This document shows, in pieces, positions 9,801 to 18,900 of a stretch of DNA of 64,000 bases. The DNA is from an uncultured Pseudanabaenaceae cyanobacterium (GTDB lineage Bacteria > Cyanobacteriota > Cyanobacteriia > PCC-9006 > JAAUQQ01), in NCBI GenBank assembly GCA_938002085.1, contig CALLAT010000074.1, positions 21,173 to 85,172 of the forward strand, written 5' to 3'. Positions within the stretch are counted from its first letter, which is position 1. Each line of letters starts with the position of its first letter. Both the position numbers and the translations under genes were made by a program. Under the pieces are notes generated by a model. It had not been told where the DNA came from, ran no database searches, and was given only the letters and a program-made list of their open reading frames with translations.

Positions 9801-10376
9801 TCAGATCTCCAATGCCTCCGGTTCAGTCTCGGTCGCTGCACCTGTACCGCCAAAGCCCACAGCGCTACTGGCATAGCTTCCGCCAAAGTTCTCGGCCAGA
9901 TTGTTCACCTGCAAAATGGCAGAGCGCGCATCCCGTTCTTGCAAGGTCGAGAGCGGATGGATAAACACCGAGACAACAAGGCCATTGCTCACCGCATAGC
10001 GCGCATCCAAGGCAGAGTGAAAATTGGCCAGCATCATGGATTGCACTTCCTCAACCGATAGCTCGCTAGTAGGCTTAATCGGCATCATGAGGCGCATGCG
10101 ATCAGCCTCTGCATTCGTTACCACCAGCATGGAGCGCTCTCCCAGGGTGGCTTCCCATTGACCATTTTCCCCTTCCACCGCATCCGCTTGGGACTGCAAA
10201 ATTGCCTCTAGCCGCTCCACCGTCATCACTTCGAGACGCGGCTGCTGGGCAATGGGCTGCTGGGCAATGGCAGGAGAGACTCTCAGTCCAGGTAGAGCCT
10301 CAGCTCCCCCCAGCATTAACCCCAAACTGCCCAGGGCAACCACAGCAAAGGGGCGAATAAAAAAATGGCGTGCCAT
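9801..10376 (-). CDS. Secreted hypothetical protein (possibly a YbjN/T3SS-chaperone-like fold)
   Basis: 191-aa ORF with ATG at 10376. Signal-like leader MARHFFIRPFAVVALGSLGLMLGGAEA. Short tandem duplication AQQPIAQQP. The body (VERLEAILQ...WEATLGERSMLVVTNAEADRMRLMMPI...) weakly recalls YbjN-type domains. The family call is low confidence. Confidence 0.55.
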   Translation of the reverse strand: MARHFFIRPFAVVALGSLGLMLGGAEALPGLRVSPAIAQQPIAQQPRLEVMTVERLEAILQSQADAVEGENGQWEATLGERSMLVVTNAEADRMRLMMPIKPTSELSVEEVQSMMLANFHSALDARYAVSNGLVVSVFIHPLSTLQERDARSAILQVNNLAENFGGSYASSAVGFGGTGAATETEPEALEI

Positions 10377-10506
10377 GAACTGCGCTCACGAATTCTAAAC
10401 TCCAGATACTCGCAGCTTAATTAAGGCATCTGAGAATCCTGTGAGAGGATGGCTCAAACAGACAACGATCAGCAATTTGCCCTGTCTATGACAAGCAGAA
10501 AGGCAA

Positions 10507-10728
10507 CTAACTTTGCTCCACTCGCTCCGGCCGGGCGGTCAGCCCAAAGTGGTTCATGGCGATAAAGATACCTACGGAAAGCACGCCGCCGATCGCCAAG
10601 CCAATCAAAATCAGCGAGAGATAAATCTGCTTCAGCTTCTTGCGATCGGCCTCATTCACCTTGGCAGGAGGAAATGACTGCAATTCATCAGGCCGATTAT
10701 TCGCATTGGGCAGATCATTCAGCGACAT
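10507..10728 (-). CDS. Small single-pass membrane protein (hypothetical)
   Basis: 73-aa ORF with ATG at 10728. One clear TM helix (IYLSLILIGLAIGGVLSVGIFIAM). It lies co-directionally 30 nt downstream of the methyltransferase gene. Confidence 0.5.
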   Translation of the reverse strand: MSLNDLPNANNRPDELQSFPPAKVNEADRKKLKQIYLSLILIGLAIGGVLSVGIFIAMNHFGLTARPERVEQS

Positions 10729-10758
10729 GGGGCGTCCTTTTAAGATATTTGCTGGAGA

Positions 10759-11643
10759 CTATATTTTTTTGAAAGTCTCTAGGGCTGAGAAATAGGAAGT
10801 CTGCACCTGCTCACCGCAACAGTCTCGCAGCCGCTGCTCAAGACCTAACATGAGCTTCTTGCGCTGGCCTGCCTCTAAGAGGATGTAGGGTGACAGCGAC
10901 TGGAGCAGAGCCAAGTAGTCTTCCACAGTATAGGAAAGCTCAACGTCAATGCGCTCAAACCCAAGACTGACAAATCCGCTGCTGGTCCAGCCGTCAAACG
11001 CCACCAGCTTTTGCCCCACATCCCGCAGCTGTTGTTCCTGTTTAGTGCGGTCCACAAAGGTCTCTAGGTTAGAACCATGGGCATCGTAAATGGGCTGGAG
11101 CGATCGCCAAACTGCTTCACTGGGCTGGGGCGGCACATTCCACAACAGCAAAACAGAACCACCTGGCTTGAGCGCTTGGTCGATCTTGGGATACCCCAGC
11201 TCTGGCGAAACCCAATGGAAGGACGTCGCCGCCACGACTCCATCAAAGGCTGCCACCTCCCCAGGCCATTCTTCAAAGGTTTGATTCGCGACCTCCACCT
11301 TGGGGTAAGCAGCACAGCGCGATCGCAAAATCTCACAACCCGCCACGCTAGGCTCCACCGCCGTAACCCTAAAGCCCTGCTCCGCTAGGGGCAATGTTGC
11401 AATGCCCGGTCCACTGCCAATTTCCAGCAGGCGATGACCGGCCTGCAAGCCCGTCATCGCCATCGCCCGCTCAAACAGCTCAGCGGGGTAGCGAGGTCGC
11501 GCCCGGTCATAAGCTTCTGCAACCGGGTCATACCAGCGCCGCCGTTGCTCAAGACTGTGGGAGTCGCTGTAGTACCCCCCTTGGGCGATGGCCTTCGGGC
11601 TATATTTTGGGTCGGGTTCCGAGCTGGGTTGTGGATTAGACAA
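10759..11643 (-). CDS. Class I SAM-dependent methyltransferase
   Basis: 294-aa ORF. Motif I LLEIGSGPGIATLPLA, followed by VTAVEPS. The codon at 11643-11641 is TTG. The first in-frame ATG would cut into the conserved pre-motif-I region, so the exact start is uncertain. Confidence 0.75.
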   Translation of the reverse strand: MSNPQPSSEPDPKYSPKAIAQGGYYSDSHSLEQRRRWYDPVAEAYDRARPRYPAELFERAMAMTGLQAGHRLLEIGSGPGIATLPLAEQGFRVTAVEPSVAGCEILRSRCAAYPKVEVANQTFEEWPGEVAAFDGVVAATSFHWVSPELGYPKIDQALKPGGSVLLLWNVPPQPSEAVWRSLQPIYDAHGSNLETFVDRTKQEQQLRDVGQKLVAFDGWTSSGFVSLGFERIDVELSYTVEDYLALLQSLSPYILLEAGQRKKLMLGLEQRLRDCCGEQVQTSYFSALETFKKI

Positions 11644-11808
11644 GGGCTTGGGAGCGAGGATGAAATTAGAGGATTTCGATTAATTCTAGGGCTGACATGG
11701 CAATGCCATGTCACTACAGCAGCCGGTTTAACAAAACAAAGCGGGCTACGGAATCATTTTCCCGCAACCCGCCTTATCACCAACCCACTATCCCCAAGCT
11801 TCAATCAA

Positions 11809-12273
11809 CTAGGAGAGATAAACAAACCGAACGGGCAATTCCGTTTGGGGCACTTCGATAACTGCTTTAGCGTTGTGCTTGGACCAAGGACGAGAGAAGC
11901 GGCTGACGTAAACCACCATCTCATCCGCCAAAACTTTAACCCGCTCAATGCTAGGCACCTCACGGAAAAACCCTTCGCCAGCAAAGACCGCCAGCACCAT
12001 GGACTTCTCAAAGTCTACGGCAGGGGCATCAGCGATCTCCCCACCATGCTCCGTCCACAGCTGACCCAAAAACTCCGCCGTCTTAACTGCAACGCAGCCA
12101 GCCACGGGCGAAGGAGCGGCCCAGTTCAGGGATTGCTGACGATTTCTGGCTGCGCTCGCGGAACGGGAAAAAGGCGTTACAAACTGAGTACCCGACTCAG
12201 CCACAACCGCTTCAATCGGTTCTGTCAGGGCAACGGCAGAATGATTACGAACGAGCTCTTGAACTTCTGCCAT
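11809..12273 (-). CDS. Hypothetical protein
   Basis: The ORF track gives 11809..12336. The first ATG with a sensible N-terminus (MAEVQELVRNH...) is at 12273. No family recognised. Confidence 0.5.
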   Translation of the reverse strand: MAEVQELVRNHSAVALTEPIEAVVAESGTQFVTPFSRSASAARNRQQSLNWAAPSPVAGCVAVKTAEFLGQLWTEHGGEIADAPAVDFEKSMVLAVFAGEGFFREVPSIERVKVLADEMVVYVSRFSRPWSKHNAKAVIEVPQTELPVRFVYLS

Positions 12274-12695
12274 GACCCTTTCCTCTAAATGGATAAATGC
12301 TTCAAACCCTATCCGGCAGCCCAAGGCAACCATCAATTCATCTAATCACTCGTGCAATTCAGATAAGTTCAGAATGCCCGCAAGGTCATCGAACTCTTCT
12401 ATTGCCTAAGTACATTACAAAGCTTAATAGAAATAGCCCCCAACAAACCGTACACGACGAGCAAATTTGCTTATTAAGACCATAGGCTGACCGCGATTGC
12501 AGACAGGTTTCAAACAGGAGCCGCTATTTATCCGATGACAGATGACTCAATCCAGTCACATTTCGAACAGCAACGGTCAACCTCCATGACAGTATTCAAC
12601 GATTCGTAGACAGCCCCCCATCCTGCGGCAGCAGAAGGATAGATCGCGGTAAAATCCGATCAAGCCACATATCCATTGCAACGAACGCAAGCACC

Positions 12696-13922
12696 ATGAC
12701 CACTGCTGCTCCCGCCCCAACCACTATCCCCATGGAAGACACCCACAACGGTCTTCCCGTCACGATCATCACCGGCTTCCTGGGCAGCGGAAAAACCACC
12801 CTCCTCAACCACATCCTCACCAATCAAGAAGGGGTAAAGGTCGCCGTCCTAGTCAATGAATTTGGCGAAATCGGCATCGACAATGAGCTGATCATCTCCA
12901 CCGACGATGACGACAACAATATGGTGGAGCTGAGCAACGGCTGCATCTGCTGCACCATCAATGGCGAAGTCGAAGAGGCGGTCTACCGTCTCCTAGAGCG
13001 CGATGACAAAATCGACTATCTCGTGGTTGAGACCACGGGCCTGGCCGACCCGTTGCCCGTTGCCCTCACCTTCCTAGGCACTGAGCTGCGCGACCTAACT
13101 CGCCTCGACTCCATCGTCACCATGGTCGATGCCGAGAACTACAGCCTCGACCTATTCAACAGCGAAGCCGCCCGCAACCAGATTCTCTACGCCGATACCC
13201 TGGTCCTCAACAAAGCCGACCTGGTAGACGAAGCAGATTTAGACCTGCTGGAAGTGAAGTTGCGCGACGTCAAAGAAGGGGCTCGCATCCTGCGCACCAC
13301 CCAAAGCCAAGTGCCCCTGCCCCTCGTGCTCAGCGTCGGTCTGTTCGAATCGGACAAGTACTTTGGCAATGAAGACAAGGGCCACGACCATGATCATGAC
13401 CATCACGATCATGGTCACGACCACAGCAACTGCGACCATGACCAAGGTCATTGCGAGCATGAAGAAGAAGCCAAAGATCACAGCAACTGCGACCACGACC
13501 ATGGCAAGTGCGAGCATGAAGGCCATGATCACGGACATGACCATGGGCATAACCACAGTCACGATCACGACCACCATGGCTCTGCCGATCATCTCGCGAT
13601 TGATGGCTTCACTTCACTGTCCTTCCAGAGCGATCGCCCCTTCGCCATCCGCAAGTTCCAATACTTCCTCGACAACAAGCTCTCGGAAAACATCTTCCGC
13701 GCCAAGGGCATCCTCTGGTTTGAAGAGAGTCAGAAGCGCCATGTGTTCCACTTGAGCGGCAAGCGCTTTACGTTAGATGACAGTGAATGGAACGATCGCA
13801 TCAAGAAGAACCAGCTCGTCTTCATCGGTCAAAACATGGACCATGACGCCATCCGTGCCGAGCTAGACAACTGCCTCACCATCCCATCAACCAGCCGCGC
13901 CAAAGGCTTCGCCAAACGGTAA
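12696..13922 (+). CDS. COG0523 (CobW/ZigA/YeiR-like) GTPase metallochaperone with His/Cys-rich insert
   Basis: 408-aa ORF with ATG at 12696. P-loop GFLGSGKTTLLNHIL, CxCC motif NGCICCT, LNKADL (NKxD-like). A 67-aa His-rich stretch lies at aa 229-295, and the C-terminal CobW_C-like region contains DGFTSLSF. Confidence 0.85.
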   Translation: MTTAAPAPTTIPMEDTHNGLPVTIITGFLGSGKTTLLNHILTNQEGVKVAVLVNEFGEIGIDNELIISTDDDDNNMVELSNGCICCTINGEVEEAVYRLLERDDKIDYLVVETTGLADPLPVALTFLGTELRDLTRLDSIVTMVDAENYSLDLFNSEAARNQILYADTLVLNKADLVDEADLDLLEVKLRDVKEGARILRTTQSQVPLPLVLSVGLFESDKYFGNEDKGHDHDHDHHDHGHDHSNCDHDQGHCEHEEEAKDHSNCDHDHGKCEHEGHDHGHDHGHNHSHDHDHHGSADHLAIDGFTSLSFQSDRPFAIRKFQYFLDNKLSENIFRAKGILWFEESQKRHVFHLSGKRFTLDDSEWNDRIKKNQLVFIGQNMDHDAIRAELDNCLTIPSTSRAKGFAKR

Positions 13923-13942
13923 AACTGCCAGGCTTCTAAGCA

Positions 13943-13987
13943 ACGGAGGAATGCAATTTCACCTAGATGGATATTCCATTCCTCCGT
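13943..13987 (+). terminator. Stem-loop downstream of the COG0523 gene (possible terminator)
   Basis: Perfect 11-bp inverted repeat: acggaggaatg (13943-13953) and cattcctccgt (13977-13987), with a 23-nt loop, 21 nt after the stop. There is no clear T-run after it. Confidence 0.35.
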
Positions 13988-14062
13988 CCAATTGCGATCC
14001 GGAGACAGCACTAGGAGAGGCTGGGCAACCTGAAGTCCAAAGACTCTTCCCAGCTAACTCCC

Positions 14063-15997
14063 ATGGCGAAATCTCGCCTTCGCTTGTTACAAGCTAGCCG
14101 CAGCAATACCAAAGCGCATTTAGCTAAGCGCCCCCAGGGAAGGCGGCTATTGAGGAAACTCAAGACACTGGATCGCTTCCTCCAAGCCCGCCTCTCCAGA
14201 CGCCTGGCCATCTGGGTCTTTGCCAGCATCGTACTCATCGAGATCGTCATCCTGCTGCCATCCACCATTCGGTATGAGCATCAACTTCTCAACGAACTCC
14301 AAGAGTCCAGCCTCAATGCGGCCTTTGTCGTGGGGCAATTACTGCCATCCGAGACAACGCCCAGAATGCTACAGCAGTCCCTAGAAAATCTGGGACCTGA
14401 CTTTAGCCTAGGTGGCTGTATCTACAACGATGCTGGCGAACAGGTCGGCCACTTTGGTGAACATCCTCAACTGTCGTTCCCAGAAGCCAAGCAGCAGAAA
14501 ACCCTCAAGCAGGGCGATCGCTATGACATTGCCTGGCAATCTCCAGCCTTTAGGGGCGATCGCTATTGGGTCGTGCTGCGCCAAGATGCCTCCCATCTCC
14601 CCGCAGAAATTCGCGCTTTCATTGGGCGAGTCATCGGCCTGGTCATCATTATTTCCATTGTCGTCACACTCTCGACAATGCTGGCCCTAGAACGCATCGT
14701 CATCACCCCCATCCTGCGGCTCAGACAAGACTTACTAGAGGCAGGCAAAGCAGTCGAGGAGGGGCAGATAGCAGCTCAATGCCTCTCCCATCGCTACCAC
14801 TGCAAGGATGAATTTCAAGACGTGCTCACCGCCTTCGAGCAGATGTACCGGCAGGTGGGGCAGGCGATCGCCTCCCGCAACCACACCGCTCTTTCCTTAG
14901 AGCAACTCAACGAAGCACTTAGCCTCAAAGTTCAACAGCAAGCCCAAACCGAAGCCAACCTCCGGGACATCAACGAAGCCCTCATATTGGCCAAAACCGA
15001 AGCCACCGCCGCCAGTCAGGCCAAAAGTGACTTCCTCGCCAACATCAGCCACGAAATCCGTACCCCCCTCAACGGAATCCTGGGCTATAGCCAAATCCTG
15101 AGTCGCTCCAGCAATCTCACCAAACAAGAGCAGCATGGGGTCGGGGTAATCAACGACTGCGGCCAGCACCTGCTCAGTCTCATTAACGACATCCTCAACC
15201 TAGCCAAAATCGAAGCTCGAAAACTGGAACTAACTCCCAAGCCTGTTCACCTAGATTCATTACTCCAGAAGGTCCTCGACATCACTCAAGCCCAAGCCAG
15301 GCAAAAAGGTATTCAGCTGCTTTACCAAGCAGAATCGCTCCCCCAGAGCGTGAGCGTAGATGCCAAATGCCTGCGCCAGGTATTGCTCAATCTCATCGGC
15401 AACGCGATCAAGTTCACCCAGCAAGGACAAGTCACCGTCAAAGTTCAGACCTTATCCACAGCAACAGAAGCTTCAGCCCAGCTCAAATTTTCCATTACCG
15501 ACACCGGCATTGGCATGGCGGCTCACGATTTAGAGCAACTATTCCAACCCTTCAATCAAGTGGGAGACAAGCTCCACAAAAGCGCAGGCACAGGACTGGG
15601 GCTTGCCATCAGTCAAGACATTATTCAGCTAATGGGCAGCAAAATCCACGTCACCAGCGAAGCAGGAGTCGGAAGTTGCTTCTACTTTGACCTAATCCTT
15701 CCCCTCGCTAACGCTGCTACTGAAGTCTTTGAAATCCAATCCTCATCCAAAGCCCCAAGCCCAGAAGCAACCTCTCTCCCCAATGCAAGGCACCAGGCTC
15801 CTCCTCACGAAATCCTGCAACAATTGCTCAACCAAAGCCTACGAGGCCGAGTAAGGCAACTTCGACAAACCGCGACCAGCATCGCCGACCAAAATCCCGA
15901 GTATCAACCCTTTATCAACGACCTGCTGAACCTAGCCAAACAGTTTGAGCTGGAGCAACTAGAAACCATGCTCAGCCAATATTTAGCCGAATGCTGA
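14063..15997 (+). CDS. Membrane sensor histidine kinase
   Basis: 644-aa ORF with ATG at 14063. Two hydrophobic segments (LAIWVFASIVLIEIVILL; VIGLVIIISIVVTLSTMLAL). H-box ISHEIRTPLNGILGYSQIL. ATPase boxes GNAIKFT, DTGIGM, GTGLGLAIS. No adjacent response regulator. Confidence 0.85.
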   Translation: MAKSRLRLLQASRSNTKAHLAKRPQGRRLLRKLKTLDRFLQARLSRRLAIWVFASIVLIEIVILLPSTIRYEHQLLNELQESSLNAAFVVGQLLPSETTPRMLQQSLENLGPDFSLGGCIYNDAGEQVGHFGEHPQLSFPEAKQQKTLKQGDRYDIAWQSPAFRGDRYWVVLRQDASHLPAEIRAFIGRVIGLVIIISIVVTLSTMLALERIVITPILRLRQDLLEAGKAVEEGQIAAQCLSHRYHCKDEFQDVLTAFEQMYRQVGQAIASRNHTALSLEQLNEALSLKVQQQAQTEANLRDINEALILAKTEATAASQAKSDFLANISHEIRTPLNGILGYSQILSRSSNLTKQEQHGVGVINDCGQHLLSLINDILNLAKIEARKLELTPKPVHLDSLLQKVLDITQAQARQKGIQLLYQAESLPQSVSVDAKCLRQVLLNLIGNAIKFTQQGQVTVKVQTLSTATEASAQLKFSITDTGIGMAAHDLEQLFQPFNQVGDKLHKSAGTGLGLAISQDIIQLMGSKIHVTSEAGVGSCFYFDLILPLANAATEVFEIQSSSKAPSPEATSLPNARHQAPPHEILQQLLNQSLRGRVRQLRQTATSIADQNPEYQPFINDLLNLAKQFELEQLETMLSQYLAEC

Positions 15998-16140
15998 AGC
16001 CTCTCTCACGGCTACTTATACCAGTCGCCCGACCCCAGCCCTCCTCCATCCCCAACTCCAACCCTTGGTAAATGCAGCTTCGCCTCCTAGGATCTAAATC
16101 TAGGCCATCCTTGAACCTTATTCGAGCCCAAAGCTCTTTC

Positions 16141-16587
16141 ATGCGCATCATTCTCCAACGAGTCACCGCTTCCTCCGTCAGCGTCGCAGGCGAGACCATC
16201 GGTAGCATCGGCAAAGGCTACAACCTCCTCCTCGGCATCACCAACAGCGACAGCGAAGCCGAACTGGACTGGCTCATCAAGAAATGCCTCAACCTGCGCC
16301 TATTCCCTGACGACGATGGCAAACCTTGGAGCCAGACCATCCAAGACATCAAGGGTGAGATTTTAATTATCAGCCAATTCACGCTCTACGGCGACTGCCG
16401 TAAAGGACGCAAACCCTCTTTTTCCAGCGCAGCACCACAGGACCAAGCCGAAAGGTTGTATGACCAATTCATTGATCGGCTTAGCTTTTCGGGGGTAAAA
16501 ATCGCAAGCGGTCAATTTGGAGCTGACATGCAAGTGATGATTGAAAACGATGGACCCGTAACCTTGATCTTGGAGCGGGAGGGTTAG
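16141..16587 (+). CDS. dtd: D-aminoacyl-tRNA deacylase
   Basis: The ORF track gives 16072..16587. The ATG at 16141 gives the canonical N-terminus MRIILQRVTASSVSV. SQFTLYGDCRKGRKPSF and the ~148-aa length match Dtd. Confidence 0.85.
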   Translation: MRIILQRVTASSVSVAGETIGSIGKGYNLLLGITNSDSEAELDWLIKKCLNLRLFPDDDGKPWSQTIQDIKGEILIISQFTLYGDCRKGRKPSFSSAAPQDQAERLYDQFIDRLSFSGVKIASGQFGADMQVMIENDGPVTLILEREG

Positions 16588-16599
16588 GCGATGATGCAG

Positions 16600-16880
16600 C
16601 AGCAGCCTCTTCCCCTAACCCCTTCTCTTAAAGGAGACGGGGAAGAATCCAACAGCCCCCCCTCGCACTTCGTGCGGTCCCCCTTGAACCAAGGGGACAT
16701 GGGTTGTCCTACGGTGCGTATAGGATTTCGGCAAGACCCCACAACAACGCCTAAAAATCTGAAATCGCCTAAAGTACTCACCTAAAACAGTGAAGCAAAC
16801 CAGCCTCCTTGCGCAGGGGGATAACCTCTAAGGGGGAGGCGCTTCGTCCCCCTTGAGCGGGGGTTTGGGGGCTGGCCCCC
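16600..16880. repeat. Cluster of short GC-run hairpin repeats in the dtd-ribD spacer
   Basis: Several G/C-run stem-loops: cttcccc...ggggaag (16608-16645), tcccctt-gaacc-aagggga (~16678-16697), aaggggga-ggcgcttcg-tccccctt (~16831-16855). Two of them share the core cttcgt..tcccccttga. Confidence 0.5.
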
Positions 16881-16939
16881 AAGGCTGCCAGCTTTGCTTC
16901 TTCGACTCTTCAAAGCCAAGCAACAGCCAAACCAAAACC

Positions 16940-18034
16940 ATGCCCTCCCAAACCGACCAAGACCGCCAATACATCCAACAATGCCTCACCCTAGCCCGCC
17001 AAGCCGCAGGCCAAACCGCCCCCAACCCCATGGTCGGCTGCATCCTCGTTAAAGACGGCACAGTCATCGGCCAAGGCTACCACCCCAAAGCGGGCCAACC
17101 CCATGCTGAAATCTTCGCCCTCCGCGACGCCGCCGCCCAAGGCCATACCGTTGCAGGCGCAACCGCCTACGTCAGCCTCGAACCTTGCAACCACCAAGGC
17201 CGCACTCCCCCCTGTTCCCAAGCCCTCGTCAAAGCTCAAATTTCCCGCTGCGTCATCGGCATGGTTGACCCCAACCCCAAAGTCGCAGGCAGCGGCATCC
17301 AAACCCTCCGCGATGCAGGCATCGAAGTCACCGTCGGCGTGGAAGAAGCAGCCTGCCAAACACTCAACGAAGCCTTCATCCACCGTATGGTGCATCAGCA
17401 ACCCTTCGGCATCTTCAAATACGCCATGACCCTGGATGGCAAGATCGCCACCCCCAGCGGGCATAGCCAATGGATTACTCAGCCAGAGGCTCGCGATCGC
17501 GTCCACCAGCTCCGCGCCACCTGCGACGCCATTATCGTCGGCGGCAACACCGTCCGAAAAGACAACCCCAACCTAGGCACCCACGGCAAAGCCGACCACA
17601 ACCCCCTGCGCATTGTCATGAGCCGCAGCCTTGACTTGCCAAGGAAAGCTCAACTCTGGGATGTATCCACAACCCAAACCATCGTCTTCACTGGACCAAG
17701 CCACGACCCAGCGATCTCCCAGCACTTGAAAAGCCTTGGCGTCGAAGTCATTGTCTTACCAGATCTCACCCCAAAAGCTGTCAGCAGCAACCTCTACGAT
17801 CGCGGCCTTTCCACAATCCTTTGGGAATGCGGCGGTACTTTGGGAGCACAGGCGATCGCCCAGGGCTGCGTCCAAAAGCTCTGGGCCTTCGTCGCCCCCA
17901 AGCTCATCGGTGGCACCGGCTACAGCCCCATCGCAGACCTGGGCATCGACCGCATGGACCAAGCCTTACAGCTAGACAGAACTCAATGGGAACCCGTCGG
18001 TCAAGACCTGCTCTTCCAAGGCTACTTCACCTGA
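16940..18034 (+). CDS. ribD: Bifunctional riboflavin biosynthesis deaminase/reductase
   Basis: The ORF track gives 16853..18034. The ATG at 16940 gives MPSQTDQDRQYIQQCLTLA. Deaminase zinc motifs HAEIFAL and PCNHQGRTPPC, followed by the reductase half (KYAMTLDGKIAT...IVGGNTV). Confidence 0.9.
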   Translation: MPSQTDQDRQYIQQCLTLARQAAGQTAPNPMVGCILVKDGTVIGQGYHPKAGQPHAEIFALRDAAAQGHTVAGATAYVSLEPCNHQGRTPPCSQALVKAQISRCVIGMVDPNPKVAGSGIQTLRDAGIEVTVGVEEAACQTLNEAFIHRMVHQQPFGIFKYAMTLDGKIATPSGHSQWITQPEARDRVHQLRATCDAIIVGGNTVRKDNPNLGTHGKADHNPLRIVMSRSLDLPRKAQLWDVSTTQTIVFTGPSHDPAISQHLKSLGVEVIVLPDLTPKAVSSNLYDRGLSTILWECGGTLGAQAIAQGCVQKLWAFVAPKLIGGTGYSPIADLGIDRMDQALQLDRTQWEPVGQDLLFQGYFT

Positions 18035-18074
18035 ACTGAGCGCGACCAACGAGCAGGCTAGCTCAGGCCTGGCG

Positions 18075-18124
18075 CTGTGAGCTAAAGCTCACAGCTAAAA
18101 GCTCAAGTCCGTTAAAACGGACTG
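18075..18124. repeat. Double-hairpin dispersed repeat, copy A (family 1)
   Basis: ctgtgagc-taaa-gctcacag and gtccgtt-aa-aacggac hairpins. By manual alignment, 46 of 50 positions match the reverse complement of 42873-42922. It lies between the convergent ribD and lrgB. Confidence 0.7.
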
Positions 18125-18168
18125 AAAGCGGACTGGCCTGATGAGTTTTAGATCCAATCGGAAAAGCT

Positions 18169-18900
18169 TCAAGCCACAATCCCTAACAGCTTTACCAGCA
18201 GCGGCACCAGCAGCGCAGTCATCCCCGCCGAAAGCGCCATGCCCAGTCCCGCAAAGGCCCCCATTTCTGGACTGATTTGGAACGCCCGCGCCGTGCCAAT
18301 GCCATGGGAAGCCACTCCAATAGCAATCCCCCGCACACTGGTATCGCGAATGCCCAGGCGATCGCAAATCCAGCCCCCCGTCACCGCGCCAATAATCCCC
18401 GTCGTCACCACTAGGACCGCCGTCAACGAAGGCAACCCACCAATGGCATCACTCACCCCCATCGCCACCGGAGCCGTGGCAGACTTGGGCGCGAGGGACA
18501 GCTGGCTAATGACACTTCCGCCCAGAAGCTTAGCGATCGCGATCGCACTCAGCGCCGCCGTACAAACTCCCACCGTCACCGCCCCCATCACTGGCAACCA
18601 AATCGCCCGCAGCTTAGACAGCTGACCATAGAGCGGAATCGCCAAAGCCACCGTAGCTGGACCAAGGAGAAAATGAACAAACTGTGCACCCTCAAAATAG
18701 GTCGCGTAGTCCGTATCGCTGAACAGCAAGAACGCAATCAGCAAGCCCACCGCGATCGCCACAGGATTCGCCAGGGGATGCCCACCGGACAGACGATGGA
18801 GCGATCGCGCCACCTGATAGGCCAACAGCGTCAGGGTCAAATGGAGCAGCGGCGACTCCGATAGATAAACCCACAACTCAAACAATTCACTGTCATTCAT
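18169..18900 (-). CDS. lrgB: LrgB/CidB-family membrane protein
   Basis: 243-aa polytopic ORF with ATG at 18900. PKSATAPVAMGVSDAIGGLPSLTAVLVVTTGIIGAV matches the LrgB signature region. Its start overlaps the stop of the upstream LrgA-like gene (ATGA). Confidence 0.8.
   Translation of the reverse strand: MNDSELFELWVYLSESPLLHLTLTLLAYQVARSLHRLSGGHPLANPVAIAVGLLIAFLLFSDTDYATYFEGAQFVHFLLGPATVALAIPLYGQLSKLRAIWLPVMGAVTVGVCTAALSAIAIAKLLGGSVISQLSLAPKSATAPVAMGVSDAIGGLPSLTAVLVVTTGIIGAVTGGWICDRLGIRDTSVRGIAIGVASHGIGTARAFQISPEMGAFAGLGMALSAGMTALLVPLLVKLLGIVA

Noticed and set aside
12600-12695. Fragments resembling a cobalamin riboswitch core (cgcggtaaaatccgat...gccac) just upstream of the CobW-family gene.
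   Set aside because: Only ~30 nt separate them from the ATG. The conserved CCCGCCACTG/B12-box context and the multi-helix architecture are missing. The His-rich insert also points to a Zn-type COG0523 rather than a cobalamin gene.
13239-13755. ORFs 13239..13592 (-) and 13363..13755 (+) with extremely biased Met/Val/Ile/Thr composition.
   Set aside because: They are other-frame and antisense readings of the (CAT/GAC)n-like His/Asp-coding repeat of the COG0523 gene.
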